From NCBI GenBank assembly GCA_964016885.1, contig OZ024741.1, positions 322,524,001-322,588,000 of the forward strand: 64,000 nucleotides of DNA, given 5' to 3'. Source of the stretch: Eledone cirrhosa (Eukaryota). The notes under the pieces were generated by a model. That model was given only the letters and a program-made list of their open reading frames with translations. It did not search any database and was not told where the DNA came from. Positions 38,745 through 51,509 of the stretch are shown one piece after another. A program made the translations under genes and the position numbers. Numbering within the stretch: the first letter of the stretch is position 1; the number at the start of each line of letters is the position of its first letter.

Positions 38745-39510
38745 TATACATTATGTTAACACCATAACATGCTAACCATCCAAACAGACACATACATACA
38801 CACACACACGCACATAACACCTTCTATACTCGAAAATAAACCAGAGCTAAATAAACCTTAACATACGGTTAATACTCTAACACCTTAACATGCTAATCAT
38901 ACCCCCCACACACATATAACTCCCTCCGCCATTTCTACTAACAGAATCATTTTCCTACACACACACACACAAATATATATTCTCTCCATCTTAACATGCT
39001 AACCATACTCCTACACACATATATAACACCCATACACACACACATAACTCGCTCTCCCATTTCTACTAATAGAATCATTTTCCTACTCACACACACACCA
39101 GCACACAAATAAAAATACATATCTCTACTCTCTTTATTTCAATAGAAAGTCTGAATTTTGACACCTCAGCACATCAGCCATACTCACTGAACCAGAACAA
39201 ATCTCCTTATCCCTTTTTTCTTGACCATTATCTTTTGTTTGACACAGAATTCTCTAAATGGCTACAAAAGAATTCCCAAATATGGGCGTGAAATTTAATG
39301 TACTTGTTCACGTGACAATCATAATTTCATTTATAACCAATCAAATTACATTTATAAAAAAGAACTTTTTTGAGCCACTTTTTTAAGTAAAAAGAAACTC
39401 AAACACAAACTGGCGCGAAAGTTCATGTGCTTATTCACGTGACTGCATCAACCAACCAAATTTCACTCATATATGAAAAAACAATCTGTGTGTATATATA
39501 TATATATGTG

Positions 39511-39582
<72 letters not shown>

Positions 39583-39649
39583 TATATATAGTGCGGTAGT
39601 ACAGTGAATTACTGGTGTTGGTACCAAATCAAGCATTCTGTGCACATGC

Positions 39650-39952
39650 AGAGTATATAAAATAGAAAAAAAAACGAGGAAGTTTCGTTTACATATAAAA
39701 TATATTTATTGTGTATCGACCTACTACGCGCGTTTCGCAGAGGATTGGCTCAAGGTAACCCATAGGAATTATGGACCCAACTCCACTATCGATCTGCTGC
39801 TGAGAATGGCGATGTGACAATATATATATATATTTCTTTTTTTTTGCTGTGGTATATGAGATGAAAAGGTATGTATGCCAATCCTCTGCGAAACGCAGGT
39901 CAATACACAATAAATATATTTTATATGTAAACGAAACTTCCTCGTTCTATTC

Positions 39953-39955
<3 letters not shown>
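39650..39955. repeat. Inverted-repeat pLTR-like cassette with partial hammerhead 3' half
   Basis: ACGAGGAAGTTTCGTTTACATATAAAATATATTTATTGTGTAT and its revcomp; GAAAC-gcgc-GTA on the minus strand. Confidence 0.6.
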
Positions 39956-40007
<52 letters not shown>

Positions 40008-40089
40008 AGTTATTCCAGGTTGAATAGGAGGTAACCACAGTAAGCAAAGTTCTCAATGCATAGCAGAGTAAAAATATTTTAATATAGAA

Positions 40090-40142
40090 GAGCTTCTACA
40101 GGACTAGAACTGTTTCATTCGTGAGAAATCATCAGGAAGCTC
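40090..40142 (-). ncRNA. Type I hammerhead ribozyme, immediately followed by its own inverted partial copy (40143-40195)
   Basis: Minus strand GAGCTTC-CTGATGA-tttctcacgaat-GAAAC-AGttctagtcCT-GTA-GAAGCTC (7-bp stem I). Confidence 0.8.
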
Positions 40143-40193
40143 GATGATTTCTCACAAATGAAACAGTTCTAGTCCTGTAGAAGCTCTTCTATA

Positions 40194-40239
<46 letters not shown>

Positions 40240-40522
40240 TGTATGTATAGTATATTTGGCAATATACCGTATGTTTAATTAAAAACATTTTGAAAACCAT
40301 ACGCTATCGGTTTTAAAGTAGTGACATAGTATGGTCTTCAAAATGTTTTTAATTAAACATACGGTATATTGCCAAATATACTATACATACATTCATGTAT
40401 ACATCGCTATTTCAGAGCACCAATCCTAATACCTAATTTTTGCTGGACCGACAATCGCTCTGTATAATCAGCTCCTGATTATTACTGGAATTCTATAAAA
40501 TTCAACTTCTATAATTTTCAGC

Positions 40523-40588
40523 GGAAGAGGGAGTGCGTGGCTCTGATGATCGCCAAACAGCGTGAAACAGACTGTCAGCTTCTCTTCC
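40523..40588 (+). ncRNA. Type I hammerhead ribozyme with extended, bulged stem I
   Basis: GGAAGAGGGA-gtgcgt-GGCT-CTGATGA-tCGCcaaacaGCGt-GAAAC-agact-GTC-AGCT-TCTCTTCC; lies within the duplicated and inverted cassette 40215-40743. Confidence 0.8.
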
Positions 40589-40738
40589 TTCTTTCGCCGA
40601 AAACAAGTAAGTGATATAGTCACTACTTTAAAACCGATAGCGTAAGCTCTTCAAAATGTTTTTAGTTAAACATACGGTATATTGCCAAATATACTATACA
40701 TACATTCATGTATACATCGCTATTTCAGAGCACCAATC

Positions 40739-40781
<43 letters not shown>

Positions 40782-41359
40782 TAGCAGTAGCACTAACATA
40801 GTGAGGTTCATAATAGAGATATATATGAAGGGGCATATAAGATTTGTTTATGTTCAATGAATGTACAAGAATTTTGCTAGATATTTTAAACTGCGATCAT
40901 GTCATGAATCCATACAGAGAGAAGAGAATTTCTTCTCTTGTGACTCGAGTTTCCTGCCATTTCAGTCATTCGTGCTACCTTTTTTATTACGTTCTTCGAG
41001 ATTGAATTAATGATTTGTTTTAGGATCGGTATTGCTATCGCTTCATTGCGGCCTCTTCACTACCACCCCAACAACTATTACGTCAGGAGATATTTTATCC
41101 ATTTGCTATTCTGGTTTCAATTACAAATAGTGGAACCATAGGAATGCCCACACCATCAGATCAACAATTTAGATCGATCTGATTAAAAAGCAAAACAAAA
41201 CAAAAACACCTAAGAATTAGGAAATTTAAAGAAATGACAATACGATACAAATACTAACATAGAATGGGACAGAAAAATAACAAATTTAGCGATATTGCAA
41301 AGATAAAACCCACAGTTTATAGCAATACCAACAGCTTAATAATTCAATGAAACCGTATA

Positions 41360-41545
41360 TAATAATTGTTTCTACTTTTGGCACAAGGCCAGCAATTACC
41401 AGTACATTACTGGTACTCTATTTTATCGACCCCGTAAGGATGAAAAGCAAAGTTAACCTCGGCGGGATTTGAACTCAGATCGTAAAGAGACGTAACTCTT
41501 TGCGTCAAAGCATGGCGTCCGACCCTCTACTGATACTGCCAATCC
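41360..41545 (-). mobile_element. Main-family SINE
   Basis: A box, B box, core and tail as above. Confidence 0.85.
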
Positions 41546-41784
41546 AAATAATGATATATGGTAATACAGATCAAATAACCGAGAAATTGTCTAATACACA
41601 GTGACAACACGACATTATTAAATAAAATGATAATAAAATGACAACCTAGAGAAACCGGATAATGAAATCGACTAACACTAACAAGAAAAAAACATCAACT
41701 AACAATACACACACACACATATATATATATATAAAATAAAATAAAATAAATAAGTCAAATGTTTAAAATTTGGCTTCGTTTATT

Positions 41785-41839
41785 ACTGCTATATATATTT
41801 CGGTGACAGCCATCTTTGGCTGTGACCTCTTCAGGCAGT
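41785..41839 (-). ncRNA. Type I hammerhead ribozyme
   Basis: Minus strand ACTGC-CTGAAGA-GGTcACAGCCAaagaTGGCTGTcACC-GAAA-tatata-TA-GCAGT. Confidence 0.8.
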
Positions 41840-42416
41840 CCGAATTAGTGTGGTAGAGACGAGTACACATGTTGTTGAGGTGTATAACTTTGTCAATACT
41901 CTGATATGCCCAGTTCCTGGTTGGGTTGTTATTTCACTGAGGAACTGGAATCATATGAATTTAAACAAACGAATTTCAGCGTCAAAGGGCCTCTTCTCCT
42001 CTCATTGGTCAGTTGTTAGAACATTCCTCAGTCAAAAGTCTATAGAAATTCGTTCTGAGGCAAGCCAATCTGTAGTTGCTGTTCTTGTTATTGTTAGGTA
42101 CATCTGACCTCTATTCTTATGTTGGTAGTGGTTTTGTTGTTGGAGTCAGCTAAAAGTGATAAAGTGGATAAGAAGGAATAAGATGGTAAAGGAACAAAAT
42201 AAAATAAAATAAAATAATCGAATAAAATGTGTGTGTGTGTGTGTGTTATACCCATCTCAATGTTATAAAGATTTGTAAGGTCACACTTCCCATTGGTCAG
42301 TTTTGAGAGCATTCCTCAGTCCAAAGTCTAGAGAAATTCTTTCTGGGGTGAGGCTCCCTGTAGTGTTTGTGTTTGCTAACACTACATTTATTTTGTTCCT
42401 TTACCATCTTATTCCT

Positions 42417-42692
42417 TTCGCTCTACATGGCTGAATACAATAAATGTAATCTGAGTTTTTCGAATATTAATAATAACATTCGATTCGTTTGCAATTATGC
42501 AAACAACCCTCAATTTTATAGCCATGTCAATAGAATGAACACTTCATTCTTGCTCTTGTGTTGGCATGAAGTGTTCATTCAATTGACATGGCTATAAAAT
42601 CGACGCTTTGCATAATTGCAAACGAATCGAATGTTATTAATATTCGAAAAACTCAGGTTACATTTATTGTATTCAGCCATGTAGAGCGAAAT
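42417..42692. repeat. Hairpin of pLTR-like sequence (family of 16222-16432)
   Basis: TTTCGCTCTACATGGCTGAATACAATAAATG arm and its revcomp. Confidence 0.8.
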
Positions 42693-42694
42693 TT

Positions 42695-42740
<46 letters not shown>

Positions 42741-43005
42741 GAGGGTCGGCTAAAAAATTCATATGCTCGCCAAGATACTCTCATGGAAAGAAACCACACA
42801 GTTATTATTGCATGAAATTAATGTATGCAAAATGTTCATAGTTCTATCATCACTCCTTCATAGTCAGCCTGTGAACTTTTCAGCTATGGTCAAATTTGAA
42901 ACGTTTCAATGGTTAAAGGACCAGGAATGTCAGACAAAATTGGTCATCTCTGTTTATTTGTAGGTGTCTGTCGGGTGGTTGTTGAGGAGTTGATGAGAAC
43001 CTTTC

Positions 43006-45253
43006 TAATAATTGTTTCTACTTTTGGCACAAGGCTAGCAAATTACTCCAGTGCATTACTGGTGCTTTATTTTATAGACACCTTAAGGATGAAAGTCGAA
43101 GCTAGCCTCGGTGGGATTTGATTTCAGAACGTAAAGGGCCATAACACTGCCACAAAGCATGGCGTCTGACACTCTACCGATACTGCCAATCCACCGCCCT
43201 TTCTAATAATATAGGTATATGGTGGTGGTGAATGGGAAGGGAAGAGGAGAGGAAAAAAGGAGAAAAGTCACTTAATAAATGAGGGGTGGGAGAAGAAGAA
43301 ACAGGGAAAGAAAATGAAGTGGGGGTGGAGGAGGAAGGCTAGTGATATATATGAGAGAGGAGGGGATGGAAGCAGGGTTTATTTGAGTAAGCTGAAAGAC
43401 GAGGTTTATTTCCAGCGATCTTTTTTATGCATGTTTTTGGTCAAGTTGAGCATGTTTACTTAAGTAAATAAATTCACCCCACCATCACCCCACTACACGT
43501 AATGGTTATTATATATATATATAAAAAAAAAAAAATTCATACATGCTGGATTTTTTCGTGCAAAAATTTATGCATGTTAAAATTTTGTTTAGTGGTAGTA
43601 ATGATTGCAATAATAATTGTTACTTCTTTTGGCACAAGGCCAGCAATTACCCAGTACATTACTGGTACTTTATTTTATCGACCCCGTAAGGGTAAAAGGC
43701 AATGTTAACCTCGGAGGGATTTGAACTCAGAATGGCAAGGGCCGTAACTCTATGCGTCAAAGCATGGCGTCCGACCCTCTACCGATACTGCCATGACTAA
43801 GATGCTGATTTTGAAACTAATAAAGAATGATATCAATAATGATAATAATTGTTTCTACATTTAGCACAAGGCCAGCAATTACCCCCAATGCATTACTGGT
43901 GCTTTATTTTATCGACTCCGTGACGATGAAAGGCAAAGTTAACCTCGACGAGATTTGAACTCAGGAAGTAAAGGGCCATAACTCCATGCTGCAAAGCATG
44001 TTGTCTGACGCTCTACCGATACTGCCAATCCACTGCCAATAATGATAATAATTGTTTCTACGTTAGGCACAAGGCCACCAATTACCAGTGTATTACTGGT
44101 ACTTTATTTTATCGACCCCGTAAGGATGAAAGGCAAAGTTAACCTCGGCGGGATTTGAAATATTAATAATATTGACTAGGAAGCTGATTTATCACTATGG
44201 TGAAGTTAATAAAGAAAAAATTTATTAATAATAATAATAATGATTTAATAATAACTTTAAACCCGCCTGCAATGTTAATGGTTATACCCATTACTATTTA
44301 TCACTATAATATCAAGGTGTCATAACAAACAGAGTAATAATGGCATTTGTCACGAATACTATGATTAATAACAGCCAAGATACTTATAATATTCACTATG
44401 ATAGTGATAACCGTAGCGATAACAATGATTATATAACGTAATATAATATAATAAAATATGATTTAATAAGGAAATTAATAATAACAGAACTCGTGGTAGT
44501 GGATCTCTTGTGACAAAATACCACTAAAGTATAATGATAAAACTAAATATAATTGTTAGTTTAGGTAGTCGTTATGATACTAATTGTTTCTACTATTGGC
44601 ACAAGGCCAGCATTACCCAGTACATTACTGGTACTTTATTTTATCGACCCCGTAAGGATGAAAGGCAAAGTTAACCTCGGCGGGATTTGAACTTAGAATG
44701 GCAAGGGCCGTAACTCTATGCGTCAAAGCATGGTGTTCGACCCTTACCGATACTGCCAATTCACCGCCCTGTTAATAATGATGATGGAAATAATAATTTT
44801 ATAGTAATGATATTAATGATAATAATGGTGAACATCGTGATAATCACAATAATAATAGTAGCAATGGTAATAATTATCATTATTTGGCAGTATCGGTAGA
44901 GGGTCGGACGCCATGCTTTGCAGCATAGTTACGCCCCTTTACGGTCTGAGTTTAAATCCCGCCGAAGTTAACTTTGCCTTTCATCCTTACCGGGTCGATA
45001 AAATAAAGTACCAGTAACGTACTGAGATAATTGCTGGCCTTGTGCCAAAAGTAGAAACAATTATTATTAATATTGGCAGTATCGGTAGAGGGTCAGACGC
45101 CATGCTTTCCAGCATAGTTACGTCCCTTTATGTTCTGAGTTCAAATCCCGCTGAGGTTGACTTTGCCTTTCATCCTTATAGGGGTCGATAAAATAAAGTA
45201 CCAGTAATGCACTGAGTAATTGCTGGCCTTGTGCCTAAAGTAGAAACAATTAT
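43006..45253. mobile_element. Cluster of seven main-family SINEs (minus: 43006-43200, 43610-43793, 43843-44038, 44046-44159, 44600-44770; plus: 44885-45063, 45072-45253)
   Basis: Repeated head, core and tail sequences within (AAT)n-rich DNA. Confidence 0.85.
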
Positions 45254-45341
45254 GATTACACAACTATCAATCTATCAATACTGTAAAGTGGGTCGCAATA
45301 GAGGGAAGGGTTATAGAGGAAGGTGGATACTTAGCCGTTCT

Positions 45342-45410
<69 letters not shown>

Positions 45411-45415
<5 letters not shown>

Positions 45416-46803
45416 TTAGAACCCTGTAACCATTAAGCTCTAAGTATAAAGTACAAATAAATACTGAGCCGATTAACAATATATAGTAAGAAACACAGTA
45501 AACCGTGTGTCTAAAATTACAAGGGTTGAAAAACCACATATGCTTGAAATATTTAACCAAGAAACAGACAGAATGACAAAATGAAAATAAAAATATATTA
45601 TCATAATAATACAAACCGCCTCAATAACCATTATATCTCTCGGACAGATTATCCCTAATCTGTTTCGCCCTGAGTGTGTTTGTAACAGATAATCGTGGGC
45701 TTCATCAGCGAGAGATTGCGATTAAATGTCACAAACACTATTTGCCAACGTTCACACAGAAAGATGAATTTATCACCTCGTGCTCCGCCAGTCAAACGTG
45801 GTAAGCGCGTATTGAACAGAAATAACAGTCCAACACGCACAACTTAATAGCTCAACTTGTAAGGGAGCAGAAATATATATATATGAATTAGAACCCTGTA
45901 ACCATTAAGCTCTAAGTATAAAGTACAAATAAATACTGAGCCGATTAACAATATATAGTAAGAAACACAGTAAACCGTGTGTCTAAAATTACAAGGGTTG
46001 AAAAACCACATATGCTTGAAATATTTAACCAAGAAACAGACAGAATGACAAAATGAAAATAAAAATATATTATCATAATAATACAAACCGCCTCAATAAC
46101 CATTATATCTCACGGACAGATTATCCCTAATCTGTTTCGCCCTGAGTGTGTTTGTAACAGATAATCCTGGGCTTCATCAGCGAGAGATTGCGATTAAATG
46201 TCACAAACACTATTTGCCAACGTTCACACAGAAAGATGAATTTATCACCTCGTGCTTGGTTTCAAGCATATGTGGTTTTTCAACCCTTGTAATTTTAGAC
46301 ACACGGTTTACTGTGTTTCTTACTATATATTGTTAATCGGCTCAGTATTTATTTGTACTTTATACTTAGAGCTTAATGGTTACAGGGTTCTAATTCATAT
46401 ATATATATTTCTGCTCCCTTACAAGTTGAGCTATTAAGTTGTGCGTGTTGGACTGTTATTTCTGTTCAATACGCGCTTACCACGTTTGACTGGCGGAGCA
46501 CGAGGTGATAAATTCATCTTTCTGTGTGAACGTTGGCAAATAGTGTTTGTGACATTTAATCGCAATCTCTCGCTGATGAAGCCCACGATTATCTGTTACA
46601 AACACACTCAGGGCGAAACAGATTAGGGATAATCTGTCCGAGAGATATAATGGTTATTGAGGCGGTTTGTATTATTATGATAATATATTTTTATTTTCAT
46701 TTTGTCATTCTGTCTGTTTCTTGGTTAAATATTTCAAGCATATGTGGTTTTTTAACCCTTGTAATTTTAGACACACGGTTTACTGTGTTTCTTACTATAT
46801 ATT
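45411..46803. mobile_element. Non-coding 472-bp tandem unit (about 1.8 copies) plus inverted copy, with three hammerhead ribozymes: retrozyme-like or Penelope pLTR array
   Basis: Direct repeats start at 45411 and 45883; inversion from about 46260; HHRs at 45635-45716 (-), 46107-46188 (-) and 46565-46646 (+). Confidence 0.85.
46565..46646 (+). ncRNA. Canonical type I hammerhead ribozyme
   Basis: ATCTCTCG-CTGATGA-aGCCC..GGGC-GAAACAGATTA-ggga-TAATCT-GTC-CGAGAGAT: 8-bp stem I, 8-bp stem III with a GNRA loop, GUC cleavage triplet. Confidence 0.9.
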
Positions 46804-46982
46804 ATATATATATATAGATATATATATATAACGAAGGAATTGTGGTAAGGAACCACAGATGGACCGTAACGCACCAGAGTACTCAATACTTAGGGAAGTA
46901 GAGTAGGAAATAGGAAAAAAAGAAAAAGGAAATAGCCGTCGAAACGGCTTGAGCTCTGCCGTCGGGGTCATATTTTTTCTAT

Positions 46983-47016
<34 letters not shown>

Positions 47017-47455
47017 ATAATGGAAAATTTTAACAGGAACAAAACAGAGAGGCAGTACAACGAATGTTTATTAATTTCACGCTCTGGAGAGTGGGGTGGT
47101 GGTGGGGAACGACGTTTCGGGCATAATCCCTTCCTCAGGTGAAAAGTGTGTGGGAAGAGAGTTCAAAGGGTGTGTAGGGGAGTGGTGGAGAGACATATAG
47201 CGAAAAGGGGGTGGGGGGAAACGGTGCAAATGAAATTAAAAATTAAAATAAAAAATAAAAATAAAAATAAAGCATGATCAAAATAAAATGAAATGAAATA
47301 AAAATAAAAGCATGATCAAAATATATATACACACATATAAATAAAATTACGATTCTACTTCTCGCTTTAGCACAGCTGATAAGAATACATACTTACACAC
47401 ACACATATATATATGTATCTATGCATATATATGTATGTATGCATATATATGTATG

Positions 47456-47531
<76 letters not shown>

Positions 47532-47550
47532 CAATATTAAATAAATGAAA

Positions 47551-47703
47551 AGCCATGCTTTCCAGCATAGTTACGTCCCTTTATGATCTGAGTTCAAATC
47601 CCGCCGAGGTTGACTTTGCCTTTCATCCTTACAGGGTCGATAAAATAAAGTACCAGTAATGCACTGGGTAATTGCTGGCCTTGTGCCTAAAGTAGAAACA
47701 ATT
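47551..47703 (+). mobile_element. 5'-truncated main-family SINE with ~15-bp TSD, inserted in a hairpin arm
   Basis: ATTAAATAAATG(G)AAA on both sides. Confidence 0.8.
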
Positions 47704-48062
47704 AAATAAATGGAAACTATATTTATAAAACCATATTTATTTCATTATATATATTTCGGGGATATCATATTAACAATATGCTATGCCTTCCTCAGACAAA
47801 ATACAATATAAACAGTTTTATAAATAAATATATTCGACATACCGTAACAACACCGACTTGCATTTGAAGAGGTTGGCTGCCAGTTCAACCTCTTCAAATG
47901 CAAGTCGGTGTTGTTACGGTATGTCGAATATATTTATCTATAAAACTGTTTATATTGTATTTTGTCTGAGGAAGGCATAGCATATTGTTAATATGATATC
48001 CCCGAAATATATATAATGAAATAAATATGGTTTTATAAATATAGTTTCCATTTATTTAATAT
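47703..48062. repeat. Near-perfect palindrome (~175-bp arms) with mirror hammerhead motifs (47739-47802 minus, 47959-48022 plus)
   Basis: Centre near 47880; ATTTTGT-CTGAGGA-aggCATAgCATATTgttAATATGaTATcccc-GAAA-tatata-TA-ATGAAAT. Confidence 0.85.
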
Positions 48063-48151
48063 TGTAAATATACTCCAAATATTTGTCGAGTGCTTTTATA
48101 TCAGTTATAAATATTTACTAGTTGTAACCCAACAATTTTAAATATAACTTT

Positions 48152-48189
<38 letters not shown>

Positions 48190-48300
48190 GGTAAGGTTGC
48201 TTGGATGCTTCCATAGGCGGTATGCCGGTTGAGCACTCTTGCAATACGTTAATAAATTGTGTTTCGATGCATCACTGATTCTTCGTTTTCCATATTATAA

Positions 48301-48340
<40 letters not shown>

Positions 48341-48599
48341 TCTTCTTATCCGAACTTTCTTGAAGAATGACTTCTCTCCGAAACGTTGAAACCGCCTCCA
48401 TTTCCTCCAAGGGTGAATTTAATATACCTGTGTAATTTTGCTTCCCATGTTTTCTTTGGTTTCATTTTATAATTATTAACGATGTATATATATATATATA
48501 TATATATCCCAGGAGTATAACTTGGAGTTACTGTAGGTTCACCTGGGTGAGCACTCGATGTTTAGGTTCATTTCAGTGTCGAGGTTTAGAGCTAGACAG

Positions 48600-49350
48600 A
48601 GTGTGGCGTGGTGTGATGTAGTGTAGTGTGGTGTGGTGTAGTGTGGTGCGATGTGGTGTGGTGTGATGTGGTGTGGTTTGGTGTGGTGTGGTTTGGTGTG
48701 GTGTGGTGTGAAAGTGGTGTGGTGTGGTGTGATGTGGTGTGGTTTGGTGTGGTGTGGTGTGGTGTGAAAGTGGTGTGGTGTGGTGTGGTGTGATGTGGTG
48801 TGGTGGTGTAGTGTAGTGTGGTGTGGTGGAATGTCGTGTGAAGTGCTGGGGTGTGGAGTGAAATGATATAGTGTGGTGTGGGGTGATGTGGTGTGGTCTG
48901 GTGTGGTATAATGTGGTGTGATGTGGTGTGGTGTGATGTGGTGTGGTGTAGTATGGTGTAATGTGGTGTGGTGTGGTGTGGTGTGATGTGGTGTGATGTG
49001 GTGTAGTGTGATGTAATGTGGTGTGGTGTGGTGTAATGTGGTGTGATGAGGTGTGGTGTGATGTGGTGTGGTCTGGTGTGGTGTAATGTGGTGTGGTGTA
49101 GTGATGTGGTGTAGTGTGGTGTAGTGTGGTGTGGTGTGGTGTAGTGTGGTGTAGTGTGGTGTGGTGTGGTGTGGTGGGGTGTGATGTAGTGTGGTCTGGT
49201 GTGGTGTGATGTCGTGTGGTGTGATGTAATGTAGTGTGGTGTGGTGTAGTGTCGTGAAGTGTAATGTGGTGTGGTGTGATGTAGTGTAGTGTAGTGTAAT
49301 GTGGTGTGGTGTAGTGTAATGTGGTGTGGTATAATGAGGTGTAGTGAGAT
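48600..49350. repeat. Degenerate pentanucleotide satellite (GTGTG/GTAGT/GTGAT)n
   Basis: Direct reading; a shorter copy lies at 52490-52645. Confidence 0.95.
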
Positions 49351-49501
49351 GTGATGTTTTCTCCCTCTCTTCCTCTCTACACACAACAGTATCGTATTGA
49401 TCAGCCATTGCTGAATTCATCAGGTCCAAACTTTTTTCCTCTCTAAGGCTCAAGGCGTAGAACATATTGAACATACTTGAATAAACAATGACAATATTCA
49501 C

Positions 49502-49504
<3 letters not shown>

Positions 49505-49535
<31 letters not shown>

Positions 49536-49597
49536 CTTCTTCTTCTTCTTCTTCTTCTTCTTCTTCTCCTCTTCTACCCCCTCCTCCTCCTCTTCCT
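49505..49597. repeat. (CTT)n/(CCT)n microsatellite
   Basis: Direct reading. Confidence 0.95.
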
Positions 49598-50818
49598 AAT
49601 TATACAGGTATTTTCTGGTCGAGGACACTGCCAAAATCTCCACACGATATTTCCATTACCCTTGAAAAAAAAGAGACAACTTGAAATTGCATGGATAAAC
49701 TTATTATTCATGAAATAAAAAAGAGCCCTCCCTCCTCCTCTCTCACACACAGCTACGACTGTCGTTTGGAGAGCCTCCCCCTCCTCCCCCACACAGCTAC
49801 GACTGTCGTTTGGAGAGCTCCCCCTCCTCCCTCACACAGCTACGACTGTCGTTTAGAGTTAAGAAACCTTTATGGCAACTTGTTCATATATATATAATAT
49901 TTATATTTTACAATATTCTATAATGTTTTTGTTATATTTATGTTTATAATTATTTATAATTTTTTGTAATGTTTTATGGTTTCTTTGTGTTATAATGTTT
50001 TTTTTAAAAATATTTTTAATGTTTCATAATTTTTCATATTTTTGTCTATAATTATATATAATTTTTTGTAGTTTTATGTTTTTTTTCATGTTTATAATGT
50101 TTTTTTCCTGTTTATGTTTTTTTCATGTTTATAATGTTTTTTATATATATATTTTTTTCATGTTTATAATGTTTTTTTAATATTTTTAATGTTTCATAAT
50201 GTATTTTTATTTATAATTATATATAATTTTTTGTAATATATTATAATGTATATTTTATGTTTTTAACTATATATATTTTTGTGTAATGTTTTCTAATGTA
50301 TTAACACAACATAGGACATAGTCATTTCTATATTGTAGCTATTGTAGCTATCGTAGTTGTTGTAGCTATTGTAGTTGTTGTAGTTGTTGTAGCTGTATTT
50401 TATGGATAACTAATATAGAGTTTTCATGAATAATCGAATGCAATGGAATGGAAACACACACACACACACGCACATACACATATGTGTGACTATGTCTGTG
50501 TGTATATTTATGTGTTGTGTATGTGTATGTGTGTGTGTGTCTTCGCGTGTGTCTCTGTGTGTGTGTATATGTGTATACACACGCACATAGACACACACGA
50601 AGACACACACACACATACACAACACATAAATATACACACACGCACAATACATACAGACACACACACACACTACATACATACACACAAATACACACACACA
50701 TACACCACATACATACACACATACATATGAATTGTATTTGTATTTACAATTCAATTCATTTTTTGTTGTAATTTTTTAATGTTCATACATCTCTGCTAGT
50801 AATTGACGTCCATTGGAA

Positions 50819-50930
<112 letters not shown>

Positions 50931-50971
50931 CACACATATTAGTCTATACTTTTAGTTGATATGGACACATA

Positions 50972-51002
<31 letters not shown>

Positions 51003-51004
51003 TT

Positions 51005-51035
<31 letters not shown>

Positions 51036-51044
51036 TATATATGC

Positions 51045-51478
51045 AAAAAAAACCAAAGAACGCTTACACACTCAAACAGTTTTTATTTGCTTACAATGTT
51101 TCATCCATACCGTTTGGTAGGAATCCTCAGAGCTTAATAAACACAGTGCTGAGTATAAGCTCCACAGAGCCTAGACACACGAACAATCAGAATGCAAAAG
51201 AGAGTAAAGATAGGGAGATCGGAGATGGCGAACAAGGAGGGGGTACATGCTGGGGTTGTTAAGCACCGCAGCTAAATGCCAAGGCATAAGCGGATTCAAC
51301 AAGATGCAGATATATGCAAAAAATACAGGCAATGGTTAAAACCTAATAAAAATTATAATAAAGTAATAAAAAATATAATAAAAAAATAAAATAATAAAAT
51401 AAAATAATAAAGAAATAATAAAATAAAAAATAATAAAATAATAAAATAATATAATAATATAATAATATAATAAAATAA

Positions 51479-51509
<31 letters not shown>

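Noticed and set aside
47100-47145. Hammerhead-like CTGAGGA-AGGG..CCC-GAAAC on the minus strand
   Set aside because: Core and stem II are present but stem I has no pairing partner, so it is probably truncated; not counted. Similarly degenerate cases lie at about 14750-14790, 38140-38220 and 48355-48390.
48539-49501. His/Thr/Pro-rich 320-aa ORF
   Set aside because: Product of a pentanucleotide satellite that is open in several frames; no splice or codon evidence.
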